Below, in pieces: positions 18,989-29,617 of a stretch of 51,696 bases of DNA. The notes beneath the pieces are model-generated. The model did no database searches. It was not told where the DNA came from and saw nothing but the letters and a program-made list of their open reading frames with translations. Source of the DNA: an uncultured Clostridia bacterium (lineage in GTDB: Bacteria > Bacillota > Clostridia > TANB77 > CAG-465); the NCBI GenBank assembly GCA_944388545.1, contig CALXJE010000011.1, forward strand, positions 1 to 51,696. The letters run 5' to 3'. The stretch's first letter is position 1. Every line of letters begins with the position of its first letter. The position numbers and the translations under genes are program-made.

Positions 18989-19462
18989 TTATTCATCTTC
19001 ATCATCTTCAAGAGTGAAAAATATTTCTGTCTTGAATTTTGTATTATTTTCCTCCGATGTAATTCCTTTTTCGGGATATTTTTTACTGCCATTATCCCAA
19101 ATACCGTCTTCATCTCGTTTATGAAATCTTATAGCGATATTTCCATTTTTGTCAGCGACAATGACCATACTACCAATCGATCCCATAAGCTTATTTCTAA
19201 GAGCTGCTTCTACTTGGTAAAAAGTCTCCCCCAGTCTCATCAAGTCTTGCTTGAGAATATCTATTGATGCTTTTTTTACTTCCTCAAATTCACTCTCATT
19301 TTCAGCTTTTTTGCGTAAACGAATAAAACTAAATTGACGATTTAATCCAAGCAACTCTGAATAAGTAATCGTACTAACCTCTGTTTTTTCGTTTTTCTCG
19401 TGTTTCCGATTACTTTGACTACAATCGGATTCATCATTGAAAAGCCATTTTTTGATATTCAT
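18989..19462 (-). CDS. Hypothetical protein with atypical, GC-richer codon usage
   Basis: RBS AGGAGG, TTGACA-17-TATAAT promoter (19549-19521), own terminator; in-frame CGG at codon 19. Confidence 0.7.
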   Translation of the reverse strand: MNIKKWLFNDESDCSQSNRKHEKNEKTEVSTITYSELLGLNRQFSFIRLRKKAENESEFEEVKKASIDILKQDLMRLGETFYQVEAALRNKLMGSIGSMVIVADKNGNIAIRFHKRDEDGIWDNGSKKYPEKGITSEENNTKFKTEIFFTLEDDEDE

Positions 19463-19645
19463 TAGTTTGTCCTCCTTATAATTATATTTATAATTAAATT
19501 TATTAAATAACTACATTAACATTATAACATATTATGTTAACTTTGTCAATATAAAAATACACCTCTACTTATTTGTAGAGGCGATTATAAGAGGTTGATA
19601 TATGAAAACTAAAGGTTTTTCCTTTATTCGGCATTCAAATTTATT

Positions 19646-20239
19646 TTAAGCTTTCCAAATACCTACGGAAGCTTTTTTTGCTTCATTTTCTGCTTCTAAA
19701 AGAATATCAAGTTTATCAACATTTTTTCTTTCTACTCTTAAAGTTGCATATCCATTTCTAAGTAATTCAGTATTATATAATTCATCTTTTAAATATACAT
19801 AGGCATAAGCTTTATTTTTATCTAATTTAGAATTATCAAATTCAATTACAATTTTTTTATTTAATAAATCGTTTTCTATTTTTTCTTTTAGTGAAATATT
19901 TTCATTAGAATTATCAATTCCAATTAGATTTATTTTAAAATATTCGTTTTTAGAGGTTTCAATAACAATCCCACCATCATTACTAACAGCATGTACTTTA
20001 TATTCTTTAGATTTAGTAAATGCTTTTAGTTTAACTAATTCTTCTGGCATTGAATTTGATATATCAACTGATGTGTTATCATTTGCTAAATTAGCAATTT
20101 GTTCTTTATTAAGATCATTTTCTAGAGATTTAGAAGCTATAAATAATCCTCCCGCTATCAATACTATTGATACTAAAACTGCAATTACAGGTGGACCATA
20201 CTGTCTAATATAAAAACTTCTTTTATTCTCATAATACAT
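19646..20239 (-). CDS. Membrane-anchored thermonuclease (SNase)-fold protein, catalytically degenerate
   Basis: LIGID, AYVY, N.ELLRNGYA, AENEAK..VGIW SNase pattern; start ATG 20239 after GGAGGT. Confidence 0.75.
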   Translation of the reverse strand: MYYENKRSFYIRQYGPPVIAVLVSIVLIAGGLFIASKSLENDLNKEQIANLANDNTSVDISNSMPEELVKLKAFTKSKEYKVHAVSNDGGIVIETSKNEYFKINLIGIDNSNENISLKEKIENDLLNKKIVIEFDNSKLDKNKAYAYVYLKDELYNTELLRNGYATLRVERKNVDKLDILLEAENEAKKASVGIWKA

Positions 20240-20414
20240 CAGTTGCACCTCCTTTAGTTTTAACAAACATTTTACATGTTTTATTTTAACACAATATTTA
20301 TGTAAAGTCAATAGTTATGTCCACTATTTATGCAAAAATAATATAAATATGTACATTTAAATAAAAATACACTTATTTTATTATAATAATTTAAAATAAA
20401 GTGTATTTAAATTG

Positions 20415-21137
20415 TTATATATTGGCATTATGCCAAACATTTTGTACGTCATCATTATCATCTAATTTATCTAAAAATTTATTTAGTTTTTCTTCTTCAT
20501 CTTCTGTAAGATCCTTTTTCATATTAGGAACCATTTTTATTTCAGCTTCGATAAAGTCATAATTTTGATTTTCTAAAGCTTCTCTTACTTTTGTAAAGTC
20601 TTGAGGACTTGTTATTATTTCAAAACATTCTTCATCAGATATGAAATCATCAGCACCAGCATCAATAACTTGCATCATTAATTCTTGTTCATCAATTGAT
20701 CCTGTATTTTCAATAACAATAACTCCTTTTTTATCAAACATATAACCTACTGAACCTGTTTGACCTAAATTTCCACCACTTCTATCAAATATACATCTAA
20801 TATCAGATGCGGATCTATTTTTATTATCTGTCATAACTTCAACAATTACTGCAACTCCAGCAGGTCCATATCCTTCATAAGTTATCTCTTCATAACTACT
20901 TGCAGAGGTATCTCCTGCAGCTTTTTGTATACATCTATTAATATTATCATTTGGCATATTATTAGATTTTGCTTTTGCTATTATATCTCTTAGTTTTGAA
21001 TTAGTAGTAGGATCTGGGCCACCTTGTTTTACTATAACAGTAATCTCTTTACCTATTTTAGAATAAATTTTTGCTTTTTTACTATCTACGGCTTCTTTTC
21101 TTCTTTTAATATTAGCCCATTTACTGTGTCCTGACAT
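20415..21137 (-). CDS. yebC: YebC/PmpR family protein
   Basis: MSGHSKWANIK, YEGYGPAGVA, DDVQNVWHN. Confidence 0.95.
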   Translation of the reverse strand: MSGHSKWANIKRRKEAVDSKKAKIYSKIGKEITVIVKQGGPDPTTNSKLRDIIAKAKSNNMPNDNINRCIQKAAGDTSASSYEEITYEGYGPAGVAVIVEVMTDNKNRSASDIRCIFDRSGGNLGQTGSVGYMFDKKGVIVIENTGSIDEQELMMQVIDAGADDFISDEECFEIITSPQDFTKVREALENQNYDFIEAEIKMVPNMKKDLTEDEEEKLNKFLDKLDDNDDVQNVWHNANI

Positions 21138-21303
21138 GTTAATTCCTCCTTATATTTTATTATATTTAACATATTGCTTTGATCAAATTAGTTAATCAAT
21201 TTTTAAATATTTTATCATATTTTTTTAGTTTTGTGTAGTATTTTTAATATATTTTATTTACTATATACTTGTTCTACATCTTATATTTTTTTCGTTTTAA
21301 TTT

Positions 21304-21859
21304 TTAATTATTTTTTATTACTCTACAAGGATTTCCGATAAGCTACACTATTATCTGGTATATCTTTTGTAACTACACTTCCAGCGCCTATTACTACATT
21401 ATCTCCAATAGCAACTCCCGGAAGTACACATACATTTCCACCAATCCAAACATTGTTCCCTATTTTAATAGATTTTGCATATTCTAATCCTTTATTTCTT
21501 GTTTTATAATCTAAAGGATGGGAAGATGTATAAAAGCCACAATTTGGACCTATAAATACATTATCTCCAAATTCTACCTTATTTGCATCTAATATTACTA
21601 GATTATGATTAGCATAAAAATTTTCTCCAAGTGTAATGTTAAATCCATAATCACAATAGAAATTAGGTTCAATAGTAAATTGATTTACTCTTTTTTGTAA
21701 CAATTTTTCTATTATATTTTTTTTGCCTTCTAAATCTTTAACATTTAACTCATTATATAAGTTGCACAATTCTTTAGCTTTTGATCTCTTTTCAATTAAG
21801 TTTTCATCATAATTAGCATCATATATTTCTCCTGCCAACATTTTTTCTTCTTCACCCAT
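21304..21859 (-). CDS. maa: Maltose/sugar O-acetyltransferase, 184 aa via a +1 frameshift at 21337
   Basis: EKMLAGEIY, CDYGFNI, hexapeptide repeats; the conserved C-terminal GNPCRVIK lies in the +1 frame after TAT-C-GGA. Confidence 0.88.
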
Positions 21860-21909
21860 ATTTCAACCTTCTTTCACGTTTTCTATAAACTATTTTTTGT
21901 TACAGTATA

Positions 21910-22923
21910 CTAAGTTTTATCCATTCTATCTAACCATTCTACAGTATCTTTGATAGTTTCTTTTATATCTCTATTTTTATATCCTAAATCATTTTTAGCT
22001 TTTTCATTAGAAAAATTACTATTAGAATCTAATACATACAATGAATATTTAGTAAATAATGGTGTTTGATTTTTTATGTTATAATAAATTTCACAAATTG
22101 GAGCTACAAGTTTTGCAAACCACATGGGTAAAACTATATCAACTTTTTTTGTATTGCTCGCTTCACTAACTATATCAACTAATTCTTTAATTTTAATATA
22201 TCTATTAGATAAAATATAACATTCTCCTCTATTTTCTTTATTACAAGCACTAATAATAGCATCTGCTACATCTCTAACATCTACAAAATCATAACCACCT
22301 CTTACACAGGCAAAAAGCTTTTGTTTTACAACTTCTTTTATTAATTGAGTTAAGTGACTATTTTTGTAATCATTTGGTCCAATAATTCCTGAAGGATGGA
22401 CGATACATGCATTTAAATTTTGGGTTTTTACCATTTCTAATATATATCCTGCTGTTTCTGACTTTGTCTTTGAATATAGTCCTTTTACTTTATTTGGATC
22501 AAAAACTGATATTTCTTTAATTAACTCACCATTTTCCTTTTCAGGGATAGCATGTACACTACTAACATAAACGAGCTTTAGATTTTTTTCTAATACTTTC
22601 TGGACTACATTTTTTGTACCATTTATATTAACATTAGGTACAGCAGCATTATATTTAGATTTTATATATACTATCGCTGCACAGTGAATTACATAAGCTT
22701 CTATACCTTCAGGTATATTAAATATCTCCTCTAATGAATCGGATTTTGTAACATCTCCTCTATATATTTTACAGTTTATTCCTTCTAATGATTTTACATT
22801 ACCAGTTGGTAAAACTAGTGCGCGTACTTCATTTTCTTTATCTAAAGTTAATTTCCTTACAATATTATTTCCTAGAAAACCGTTTGCACCAGTAACAATA
22901 TATATTTTTTTCAAATTAGTCAT
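21910..22923 (-). CDS. NAD-dependent epimerase/dehydratase (dihydroflavonol reductase-like SDR)
   Basis: TGANGFLG, YSKTK, DFVDVRDVA. Confidence 0.88.
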   Translation of the reverse strand: MTNLKKIYIVTGANGFLGNNIVRKLTLDKENEVRALVLPTGNVKSLEGINCKIYRGDVTKSDSLEEIFNIPEGIEAYVIHCAAIVYIKSKYNAAVPNVNINGTKNVVQKVLEKNLKLVYVSSVHAIPEKENGELIKEISVFDPNKVKGLYSKTKSETAGYILEMVKTQNLNACIVHPSGIIGPNDYKNSHLTQLIKEVVKQKLFACVRGGYDFVDVRDVADAIISACNKENRGECYILSNRYIKIKELVDIVSEASNTKKVDIVLPMWFAKLVAPICEIYYNIKNQTPLFTKYSLYVLDSNSNFSNEKAKNDLGYKNRDIKETIKDTVEWLDRMDKT

Positions 22924-22943
22924 CTCCTTTAAAATTAATATTA

Positions 22944-23441
22944 TTAATTAAAATTAATTTCTTTAAGCCCGTCTTCTATAAAATAATCCATTTCCTCATG
23001 AACATCTACATTTTGTGCTATTTTGGATACATCAAGTTTCATATATTTAACTTCTGCATTTGCTAGTAAAGTGCCCTTTTTGTCTAGTATTTCTGTATTT
23101 ATTGTTACAAACTTAGAAGATTCGTTTTTGACTATTCCTCTTCCAATTAAATCAGTATCATATGGTACAGGTTTTCTATATTTTACTTCTAAAGATAATG
23201 TAACGCCAAATATGTATTCATTATTTACCCAACAAGCTCTAAGGCCTAATTCATCTAACATTGATGCTATTAGTCCGCCATGTACTCTTTGAGGATAGCT
23301 TTGATGTTCTTCTCTAAACCTAAAAGGAGTCATTACACTTCCATCTTCCATATTGTAAAACTGAGCTTTTAATCCGAAACAATTTTCCATTCCACAAATA
23401 ACACACATTCTACTGTTTTTTTGTTTACTTATAACTTTCAT
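22944..23441 (-). CDS. PaaI family thioesterase (hotdog fold)
   Basis: CVICG.EN..GL, HGGLIASMLDE, YRKPVP. Confidence 0.85.
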   Translation of the reverse strand: MKVISKQKNSRMCVICGMENCFGLKAQFYNMEDGSVMTPFRFREEHQSYPQRVHGGLIASMLDELGLRACWVNNEYIFGVTLSLEVKYRKPVPYDTDLIGRGIVKNESSKFVTINTEILDKKGTLLANAEVKYMKLDVSKIAQNVDVHEEMDYFIEDGLKEINFN

Positions 23442-23536
23442 AAAATTATTCCTTTATATACTACGATTTTATATTATCATAAAAATAAAGAATTATCAAT
23501 TATAAAAAAAGAATAGACTTTATAAAAAATCTATTC

Positions 23537-24115
23537 TTAATTTTTATATAATTTAACATACTTATCATAATAATTAAGTATATTTATTAAATAGTTTTTG
23601 GTTTCTTCAAATGGTATGTTTGATATATTAACATGTCCGTTTGAATATATATGTTTTGACTCTTTCCATTTATCTACGTTACCAAGTCCAGCATTATATG
23701 CACATATAGCTAAATGAATATTTCCATCATATCTATCAAGTAATGTTTTAAAATATTTTACACCAATACAAATATTAGTTGATGCATCAAATAAATCTAA
23801 ATTATTCTCATCAAGATGTTTTATATCAGTAGCTACTTCTTTTGCTGTAGTATCTAAAATCTGCATAAGACCTTTTGCATCTTTATTTGATAATGCATTT
23901 TTATTGAATTTACTTTCTTGCTTTATTATTGCAAAAATTAGATATGGATCAATATTATTGTCAACAGCAGCTTTTTGTACATATTTACTATATTTAGTAG
24001 GATAAACATATTTTTTATATATAAATCTAAATCCTAATATTACGAGAATAATTAATAGAACTACTATTATTAATATATTTAATAAACTTTTAAAATATTT
24101 TATATTAATATTCAT
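23537..24115 (-). CDS. Lytic transglycosylase (SLT domain) with N-terminal TM
   Basis: IKQESKF, AKGLMQI, AYNAG, ETKNY. Confidence 0.9.
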   Translation of the reverse strand: MNINIKYFKSLLNILIIVVLLIILVILGFRFIYKKYVYPTKYSKYVQKAAVDNNIDPYLIFAIIKQESKFNKNALSNKDAKGLMQILDTTAKEVATDIKHLDENNLDLFDASTNICIGVKYFKTLLDRYDGNIHLAICAYNAGLGNVDKWKESKHIYSNGHVNISNIPFEETKNYLINILNYYDKYVKLYKN

Positions 24116-24117
24116 TA

Positions 24118-26880
24118 TTATTTTGCTTCACTCCACGTTTTTCCGGTATTTATAGATACTTCTAATGGTACCTTTAATTTTATAACTTTTTGCATGCAAT
24201 TTTTCATTATATCAATTACTATATCTTTTTCTTCTTCAGGTGCTTCTACTAATAACTCATCATGCACTTGCATTATAATTTTAGCTTTTAATTTTTTCTT
24301 TTTTAATTTCACATATAATTCATTCATCGCTTTTTTTATAATATCGGCTGCCGTTCCTTGTATAGGTGTATTCATTGCAATTCTCTCACCAAACATAACA
24401 GTGTTTCTATTACTTGCTTTTAATTCATCAGTATATCTTATCCTTCCAAATAAAGTTGAAACATAACCTTTTTCTTTACCGTTTTTAATACTTTTTTCCA
24501 TGAATTTTTTTACTTTATAATATTTATTTAAATAGTTTTCTATATATTTAGTTGCTTCTGCTCTAGTTGAATTAATGTTTTTTGCAAGTCCAAAACCACT
24601 TATACCATATACTATTCCAAAATTAACAGCTTTTGCTTTAGTCCTAAGCTCGTTATCTACTTCTTCTATTGGTACATCAAAAACCTGAGATGCAGTAATA
24701 GAATGTATGTCTTTGCCTTCTTTAAATGCATTTATCATAATTTCATCATTTGCCATATGAGCAAGTACTCTAAGCTCTATTTGACTATAGTCAGCATCTA
24801 TAATTATATTATTTTTACCTTGAGCCTCAAAGCATTCTCTAATTTTAGCGCCAAGATCTGTTCTTACAGGAATATTTTGAAGATTTGGTTCTATACTACT
24901 AAGTCTACCTGTAGATGTTACTGTTTGCATAAATGTAGTATGTACTCTACCATCTTTTTCTATACAATCTAGTAATGCATCTACATAAGTATTTTTTAAT
25001 TTAGTTAAAGTTCTATATTCTAAAATATGTTGTATTATTTCATGTTTATCTAATAATGATTCTAAAGTTTCCTTATCTGTAGAATAACCATTTTTAGTTT
25101 TTCTGACCACTGGAAGATTTAGATTTTCAAATAATACTTTGCCAAGCTGCGCTGGTGAATTTATGTTAAAAGACTCATTTGCTATAAAATATATCTTTTT
25201 TTCTAAATTTTTTATATCTTGAGATAAGAATTCTCCAAACTTTATTAATCTATCTTTATTTATATACATTCCATTTTTTTCTATATCTGCAAGTGTCTCT
25301 ATAAGTGGCATTTCTATATCATAATATAATTTTGACATATTTAATTCTTCTATTTTATTTAAAAGTATACTGTTTAACTCTTTAATAGATTTAAGCACTG
25401 CATAAATATATTTCTTTTGAATAGCTGATAAAGTTCCTTTAGGTTTTATTTTAGATTGGTTAAATACATTATCAAATAAAGATGTTTGAAACTCTTTTTC
25501 TTCTATTTTCTCTTTTTCATTATTTTCATAAGGCATATTTACACTTAGTAAATTATATGAAATATTTTCTATTTCATAATTGTTTTCTGTAGAATGAAGT
25601 AAATAATATGCAATTTTAATATCAGATGTAAAATTATTAAATTTATCAATGTTGTTTTTAAAACAAATTTTATATATATTTTTTAAATCATACCCCACTT
25701 TAGAGATAGGAGTTTCTGCTACTTTTCTTAAAATATCTTCTTTAATATCACTTTTACTTAATTCAACATAAAACATTTTTTCGTTTACATATATAGCTAA
25801 AATATCATTTAACTGCATATTTTTAGAATTAAGTAAAGTTATATACATATTTTTATCTAAGTCGCTTTCATTTTCATTTAGTATATTTTCAGTATATACA
25901 CTAAATAACGAAAAATCATTTGATAAATCTATTATGTTTTTAGCATCAAATTTTTTAAAAAATTCAATATTGTTATCAGTTTTAGGCATAGTTGTTCCAT
26001 CTATGTGATATCTTTCTAAAAATTTTTTAAATGATAATCTTTCAAAAATACTTGTAAGTTTAGGAACATCTACATCTGTTAATCTTAATAAATTATAGTC
26101 TAAACTTATTGGAACATTTAAATCTATTGTAGCTAATTTATAACTTAAAAAAGCTATATCTTTATTTTCTATAAGTTTTTTCTTAGCAGATGGACTGCAT
26201 TCTATATTCGAAATATTTTTATAAATATTATCTAAACTATGATATTTAGCAATTAGTGCATAAGCTGTTTTCTCTCCTATTCCAGGAACACCTGGTATAT
26301 TATCAGAAGAATCACCCATTAATGATTTTATGTCTATAACTTGTTTAGGAGTTATTCCTTGTTTTTCTTTTAAAAGTTGAGTAGTATATATTGTATACTC
26401 TGTTCTTCCCATCTTTGTCACAGGTATTATTACATTAGTAGTATCTGATATAAGTTGAAGAGAGTCTTTATCACCTGTTAAAACATATGTAAATATATTG
26501 TTTTTTGTATTTTTATTTGCAATTGTTCCTAGTACATCATCTGCTTCGAAACCTTCTATTTCAAATATAGGGACATTCATTGCTCGAAGAACATCTTTTA
26601 TTATTGGCATTTGAACTTTAAGTTCATCTGGCATCATTTTTCTATGTGCTTTATAATCAACAAACATTTCATGTCTAAATGTAGGTGATTTTAAATCAAA
26701 TGCTACTGCGACATAATCTGGCATTAATTTATCTAATATCATATAATATATATTTAAAAATCCATAAACTGCATTTGTATAAAGACCATCTTTTGTAGAT
26801 AATAATTTAATACCATAAAATGCTCTATTCATTATACTATTACCATCAATTATTAAAAACTTTTCTTTATTTTTTTCCAT
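24118..26880 (-). CDS. polA: DNA polymerase I
   Basis: 5'-3' exonuclease (EADDVLGT, GDSSDNIPGVPGIGEKTA) and polymerase motifs (ADYSQIELR, KAVNFGIVYG, QVHDEL). Confidence 0.98.
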   Translation of the reverse strand: MEKNKEKFLIIDGNSIMNRAFYGIKLLSTKDGLYTNAVYGFLNIYYMILDKLMPDYVAVAFDLKSPTFRHEMFVDYKAHRKMMPDELKVQMPIIKDVLRAMNVPIFEIEGFEADDVLGTIANKNTKNNIFTYVLTGDKDSLQLISDTTNVIIPVTKMGRTEYTIYTTQLLKEKQGITPKQVIDIKSLMGDSSDNIPGVPGIGEKTAYALIAKYHSLDNIYKNISNIECSPSAKKKLIENKDIAFLSYKLATIDLNVPISLDYNLLRLTDVDVPKLTSIFERLSFKKFLERYHIDGTTMPKTDNNIEFFKKFDAKNIIDLSNDFSLFSVYTENILNENESDLDKNMYITLLNSKNMQLNDILAIYVNEKMFYVELSKSDIKEDILRKVAETPISKVGYDLKNIYKICFKNNIDKFNNFTSDIKIAYYLLHSTENNYEIENISYNLLSVNMPYENNEKEKIEEKEFQTSLFDNVFNQSKIKPKGTLSAIQKKYIYAVLKSIKELNSILLNKIEELNMSKLYYDIEMPLIETLADIEKNGMYINKDRLIKFGEFLSQDIKNLEKKIYFIANESFNINSPAQLGKVLFENLNLPVVRKTKNGYSTDKETLESLLDKHEIIQHILEYRTLTKLKNTYVDALLDCIEKDGRVHTTFMQTVTSTGRLSSIEPNLQNIPVRTDLGAKIRECFEAQGKNNIIIDADYSQIELRVLAHMANDEIMINAFKEGKDIHSITASQVFDVPIEEVDNELRTKAKAVNFGIVYGISGFGLAKNINSTRAEATKYIENYLNKYYKVKKFMEKSIKNGKEKGYVSTLFGRIRYTDELKASNRNTVMFGERIAMNTPIQGTAADIIKKAMNELYVKLKKKKLKAKIIMQVHDELLVEAPEEEKDIVIDIMKNCMQKVIKLKVPLEVSINTGKTWSEAK

Positions 26881-26898
26881 AATTCCCTCTCTTTTATC

Positions 26899-28041
26899 TT
26901 AAATAAACTTTTCCCATACTATATTAGCAACATCTCTGCCATAAGTAGTTAAATATAGTCTATCTTCTTTAAACTCAAGTAATTTTTTATTTAAAAGTTC
27001 ATCAATTTCTGTTTTAAACATATCAAATATATCTATTTTAAATTTACTTTTAAATTCCTTTATATCTATTCCTTTAATTAATCTTAATTTGAGAATAATA
27101 TATTCTCTTAATGTATCCAGTTTATCTAATTCCTCAGTTTCTTTTACCACATCTTCAAAATTATTAATTTTATTTATATATTCTTTTATATTACATATAT
27201 TAGAGTATCTTTTACCGTTTATATAACTTGCTGCTGAAACTCCAAATCCAAGATAATATCCTTGATTCCAATAATTAAGGTTATGCTTTGATTCATAACC
27301 TTCCTTAGAATAATTAGATATCTCATACATATTATATCCATTTTTTGCTAAAATACTAGTTGTCATACTATTCATTTCTCTTTCTTCATCTTCTGTTGGT
27401 AAATTAACAAAATTTGCATCAATTAAAGTAGCAAGTTTTGTGTCTTCATGCACTTCTAAGCTATACGTTGATATATGCTTTATACCATCTCCTAATTTAA
27501 TTATAAAGTTTAAGGTTTCTTTAAATGAATCTAATGTATCATTGGCAAGTCCAGTTATAACATCTGTAGATATGTTAGATATATTAGCTTTCATCATATT
27601 ATTGTATGCTGTTACAACATCTTCTTTTGAATGTCTTCTACCTATTATTTTTAAAATATCATTATTGGCAGATTGCATGCCCAAACTATATCTGTTAATA
27701 CCCATTTTGACATACTGCATTAATCTTTCATATGTACAATCTGCAGGGTTAAGTTCAATAGTTATTTCTTCTATAACATCTGATGTAAATAATTTAATAA
27801 CGCTTAATATTTTTTCTATATATTTTGGTTCTATATATGATGGAGTGCCACCGCCAAAATATATAGTTTTTATTTTGTATTCTGAAAGAATCTCTGCATT
27901 ATTTAATATTTCCTTAATTAATGCTTCTATATAATTTGATATTGTTTCCTCATCTTCCCTATCACTTGAACAAAAATCACAATAATAGCATTTTGACTTG
28001 CAAAATGGTATATGTACATATATAGACAATTCATTATTCAT
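26899..28041 (-). CDS. hemW: Radical SAM heme chaperone HemW (HemN-like)
   Basis: YVHIPFCKSKCYYCDF, YFGGGTPS, YEISNY, HNLNYW. Confidence 0.9.
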   Translation of the reverse strand: MNNELSIYVHIPFCKSKCYYCDFCSSDREDEETISNYIEALIKEILNNAEILSEYKIKTIYFGGGTPSYIEPKYIEKILSVIKLFTSDVIEEITIELNPADCTYERLMQYVKMGINRYSLGMQSANNDILKIIGRRHSKEDVVTAYNNMMKANISNISTDVITGLANDTLDSFKETLNFIIKLGDGIKHISTYSLEVHEDTKLATLIDANFVNLPTEDEEREMNSMTTSILAKNGYNMYEISNYSKEGYESKHNLNYWNQGYYLGFGVSAASYINGKRYSNICNIKEYINKINNFEDVVKETEELDKLDTLREYIILKLRLIKGIDIKEFKSKFKIDIFDMFKTEIDELLNKKLLEFKEDRLYLTTYGRDVANIVWEKFI

Positions 28042-28058
28042 AAAATATACTATCCTTT

Positions 28059-28772
28059 CTAGTCTAAATTATTTGCTATATCAATAATTTTTTTTAATCT
28101 ATGATTTACACCAGACTTTGTAATTTTATCATTACATAATTTACTTAAATCTTCTAAACTCATATCAGGATGCTTCTTTCTAAGTAAAGCTATATCTTTA
28201 AGTTGAGCAGGAAGTCTTTCTAGTTTTCCTTCTTTTTCAAGTTTTTCAATAGCTTTTATTTGCTTATATGCGGCCGTTATAGTTTTACTCATATTAGCAG
28301 TTTCACAATTTATATTTCTATTAATATTATTTTTTATACTTCTCTCTACTCTTATATTCTCATATGTAAGTAGTGCCTTATTTGCTCCAAGATATGAAAT
28401 AGCCATAGATATTTGATCAGAGTCTTTAATATATATAACATAAAGATTATTGTTTCTCTTTAAAAGTTTTGCTTCAAAACCAATTAAATTATTTAAAATG
28501 TCTAAAAGTGCATTGGCATTTTTCTTTGATTTTGTAGTTATCTCAAAATGATAATCTGTATTAGGATCTACTATGCATCCACTACCTAAAAATATCCCTC
28601 TTAAAAAGGCTTTTTTACAGCAGTTATTTTTCTTTATATATCTTTTTAACTCTTGTATATTAATATCTTCGTTTTCAGTTAAAAGTTCCGCATCTCTTTG
28701 AACTTTACTACAACACTTTCTATTACTTTTAACATTTAATATTTCGTCTTTTATATTTTGTGAAAACGACAT
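28059..28772 (-). CDS. whiA: DNA-binding protein WhiA (short form)
   Basis: AFLRGIFLGSG, NRNINCETANMSKT, KSGVNHRLKK. Confidence 0.9.
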   Translation of the reverse strand: MSFSQNIKDEILNVKSNRKCCSKVQRDAELLTENEDINIQELKRYIKKNNCCKKAFLRGIFLGSGCIVDPNTDYHFEITTKSKKNANALLDILNNLIGFEAKLLKRNNNLYVIYIKDSDQISMAISYLGANKALLTYENIRVERSIKNNINRNINCETANMSKTITAAYKQIKAIEKLEKEGKLERLPAQLKDIALLRKKHPDMSLEDLSKLCNDKITKSGVNHRLKKIIDIANNLD

Positions 28773-29617
28773 ATTATCACCCTATCATTCAAATTTAAAT
28801 CCTTTACTTTTTCTAATATTTCATATTCTACATAATTACTAAAAATTTTACTAAGACTTTCCATTTGATTGTATCCAATTTCAAACATCAAATATCCATT
28901 ATCTTTTAAGAAATCTCTTGCTTTATCTATTATTTTTATATAAAAATCAAGACCTGATATACCTCCGTCAAGCGCTAGTCTAGGTTCTCTTTTTACATAT
29001 TCAGAAAGATTATCTATATCATTAGTTGGTATATATGGAGGATTTGAAACTATTATATCGTATTTATATCCTGTTGTCATTAGATTTTCAAATAAATTAG
29101 AATATATAATTTTAGTATCTACTGTTACATCATTTTTAATTATATTTTTATTTATTATTTCTAAAGCGTTTTTTGACACATCTACAAAATGCATACAATT
29201 TATTTTAGAATTATTTGAAATAGATATTCCTATAGCTCCACTTCCGCTGCATAAATCTAACGCATTTTTTAAATTATACCTATTAATATATGCTATAGCT
29301 TTGTCTACTAATATTTCAGTATCTTGTCTAGGAATAAGAACATCTTTTGTTACAATATATTTCTCTTTATAGAAAGGAACTTCACCAATAATATACTGCA
29401 AAGGTATTTTATTGTATATAAGTTCATCTAAATACTTAAACAGAATAGTTACTTCTTCTTTACTTAATATTATTTCATTCATGCTAGTATAAAATTTAGT
29501 CATATTAATTTTTTTAATATGACATATAATTAAATTTATAGCTTGATTTTTAGTACAAATATCTATATTAGAGAAGTCGTATTTATTTGCTTTCTCATAT
29601 ATTTCAGTTATATTCAT
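28751..29617 (-). CDS. prmC: Release factor glutamine methyltransferase
   Basis: PLQYIIG, VLIPRQDTE, DLCSGSG, SNPPY, EIGYNQ. Confidence 0.93.
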   Translation of the reverse strand: MNITEIYEKANKYDFSNIDICTKNQAINLIICHIKKINMTKFYTSMNEIILSKEEVTILFKYLDELIYNKIPLQYIIGEVPFYKEKYIVTKDVLIPRQDTEILVDKAIAYINRYNLKNALDLCSGSGAIGISISNNSKINCMHFVDVSKNALEIINKNIIKNDVTVDTKIIYSNLFENLMTTGYKYDIIVSNPPYIPTNDIDNLSEYVKREPRLALDGGISGLDFYIKIIDKARDFLKDNGYLMFEIGYNQMESLSKIFSNYVEYEILEKVKDLNLNDRVIICRFHKI

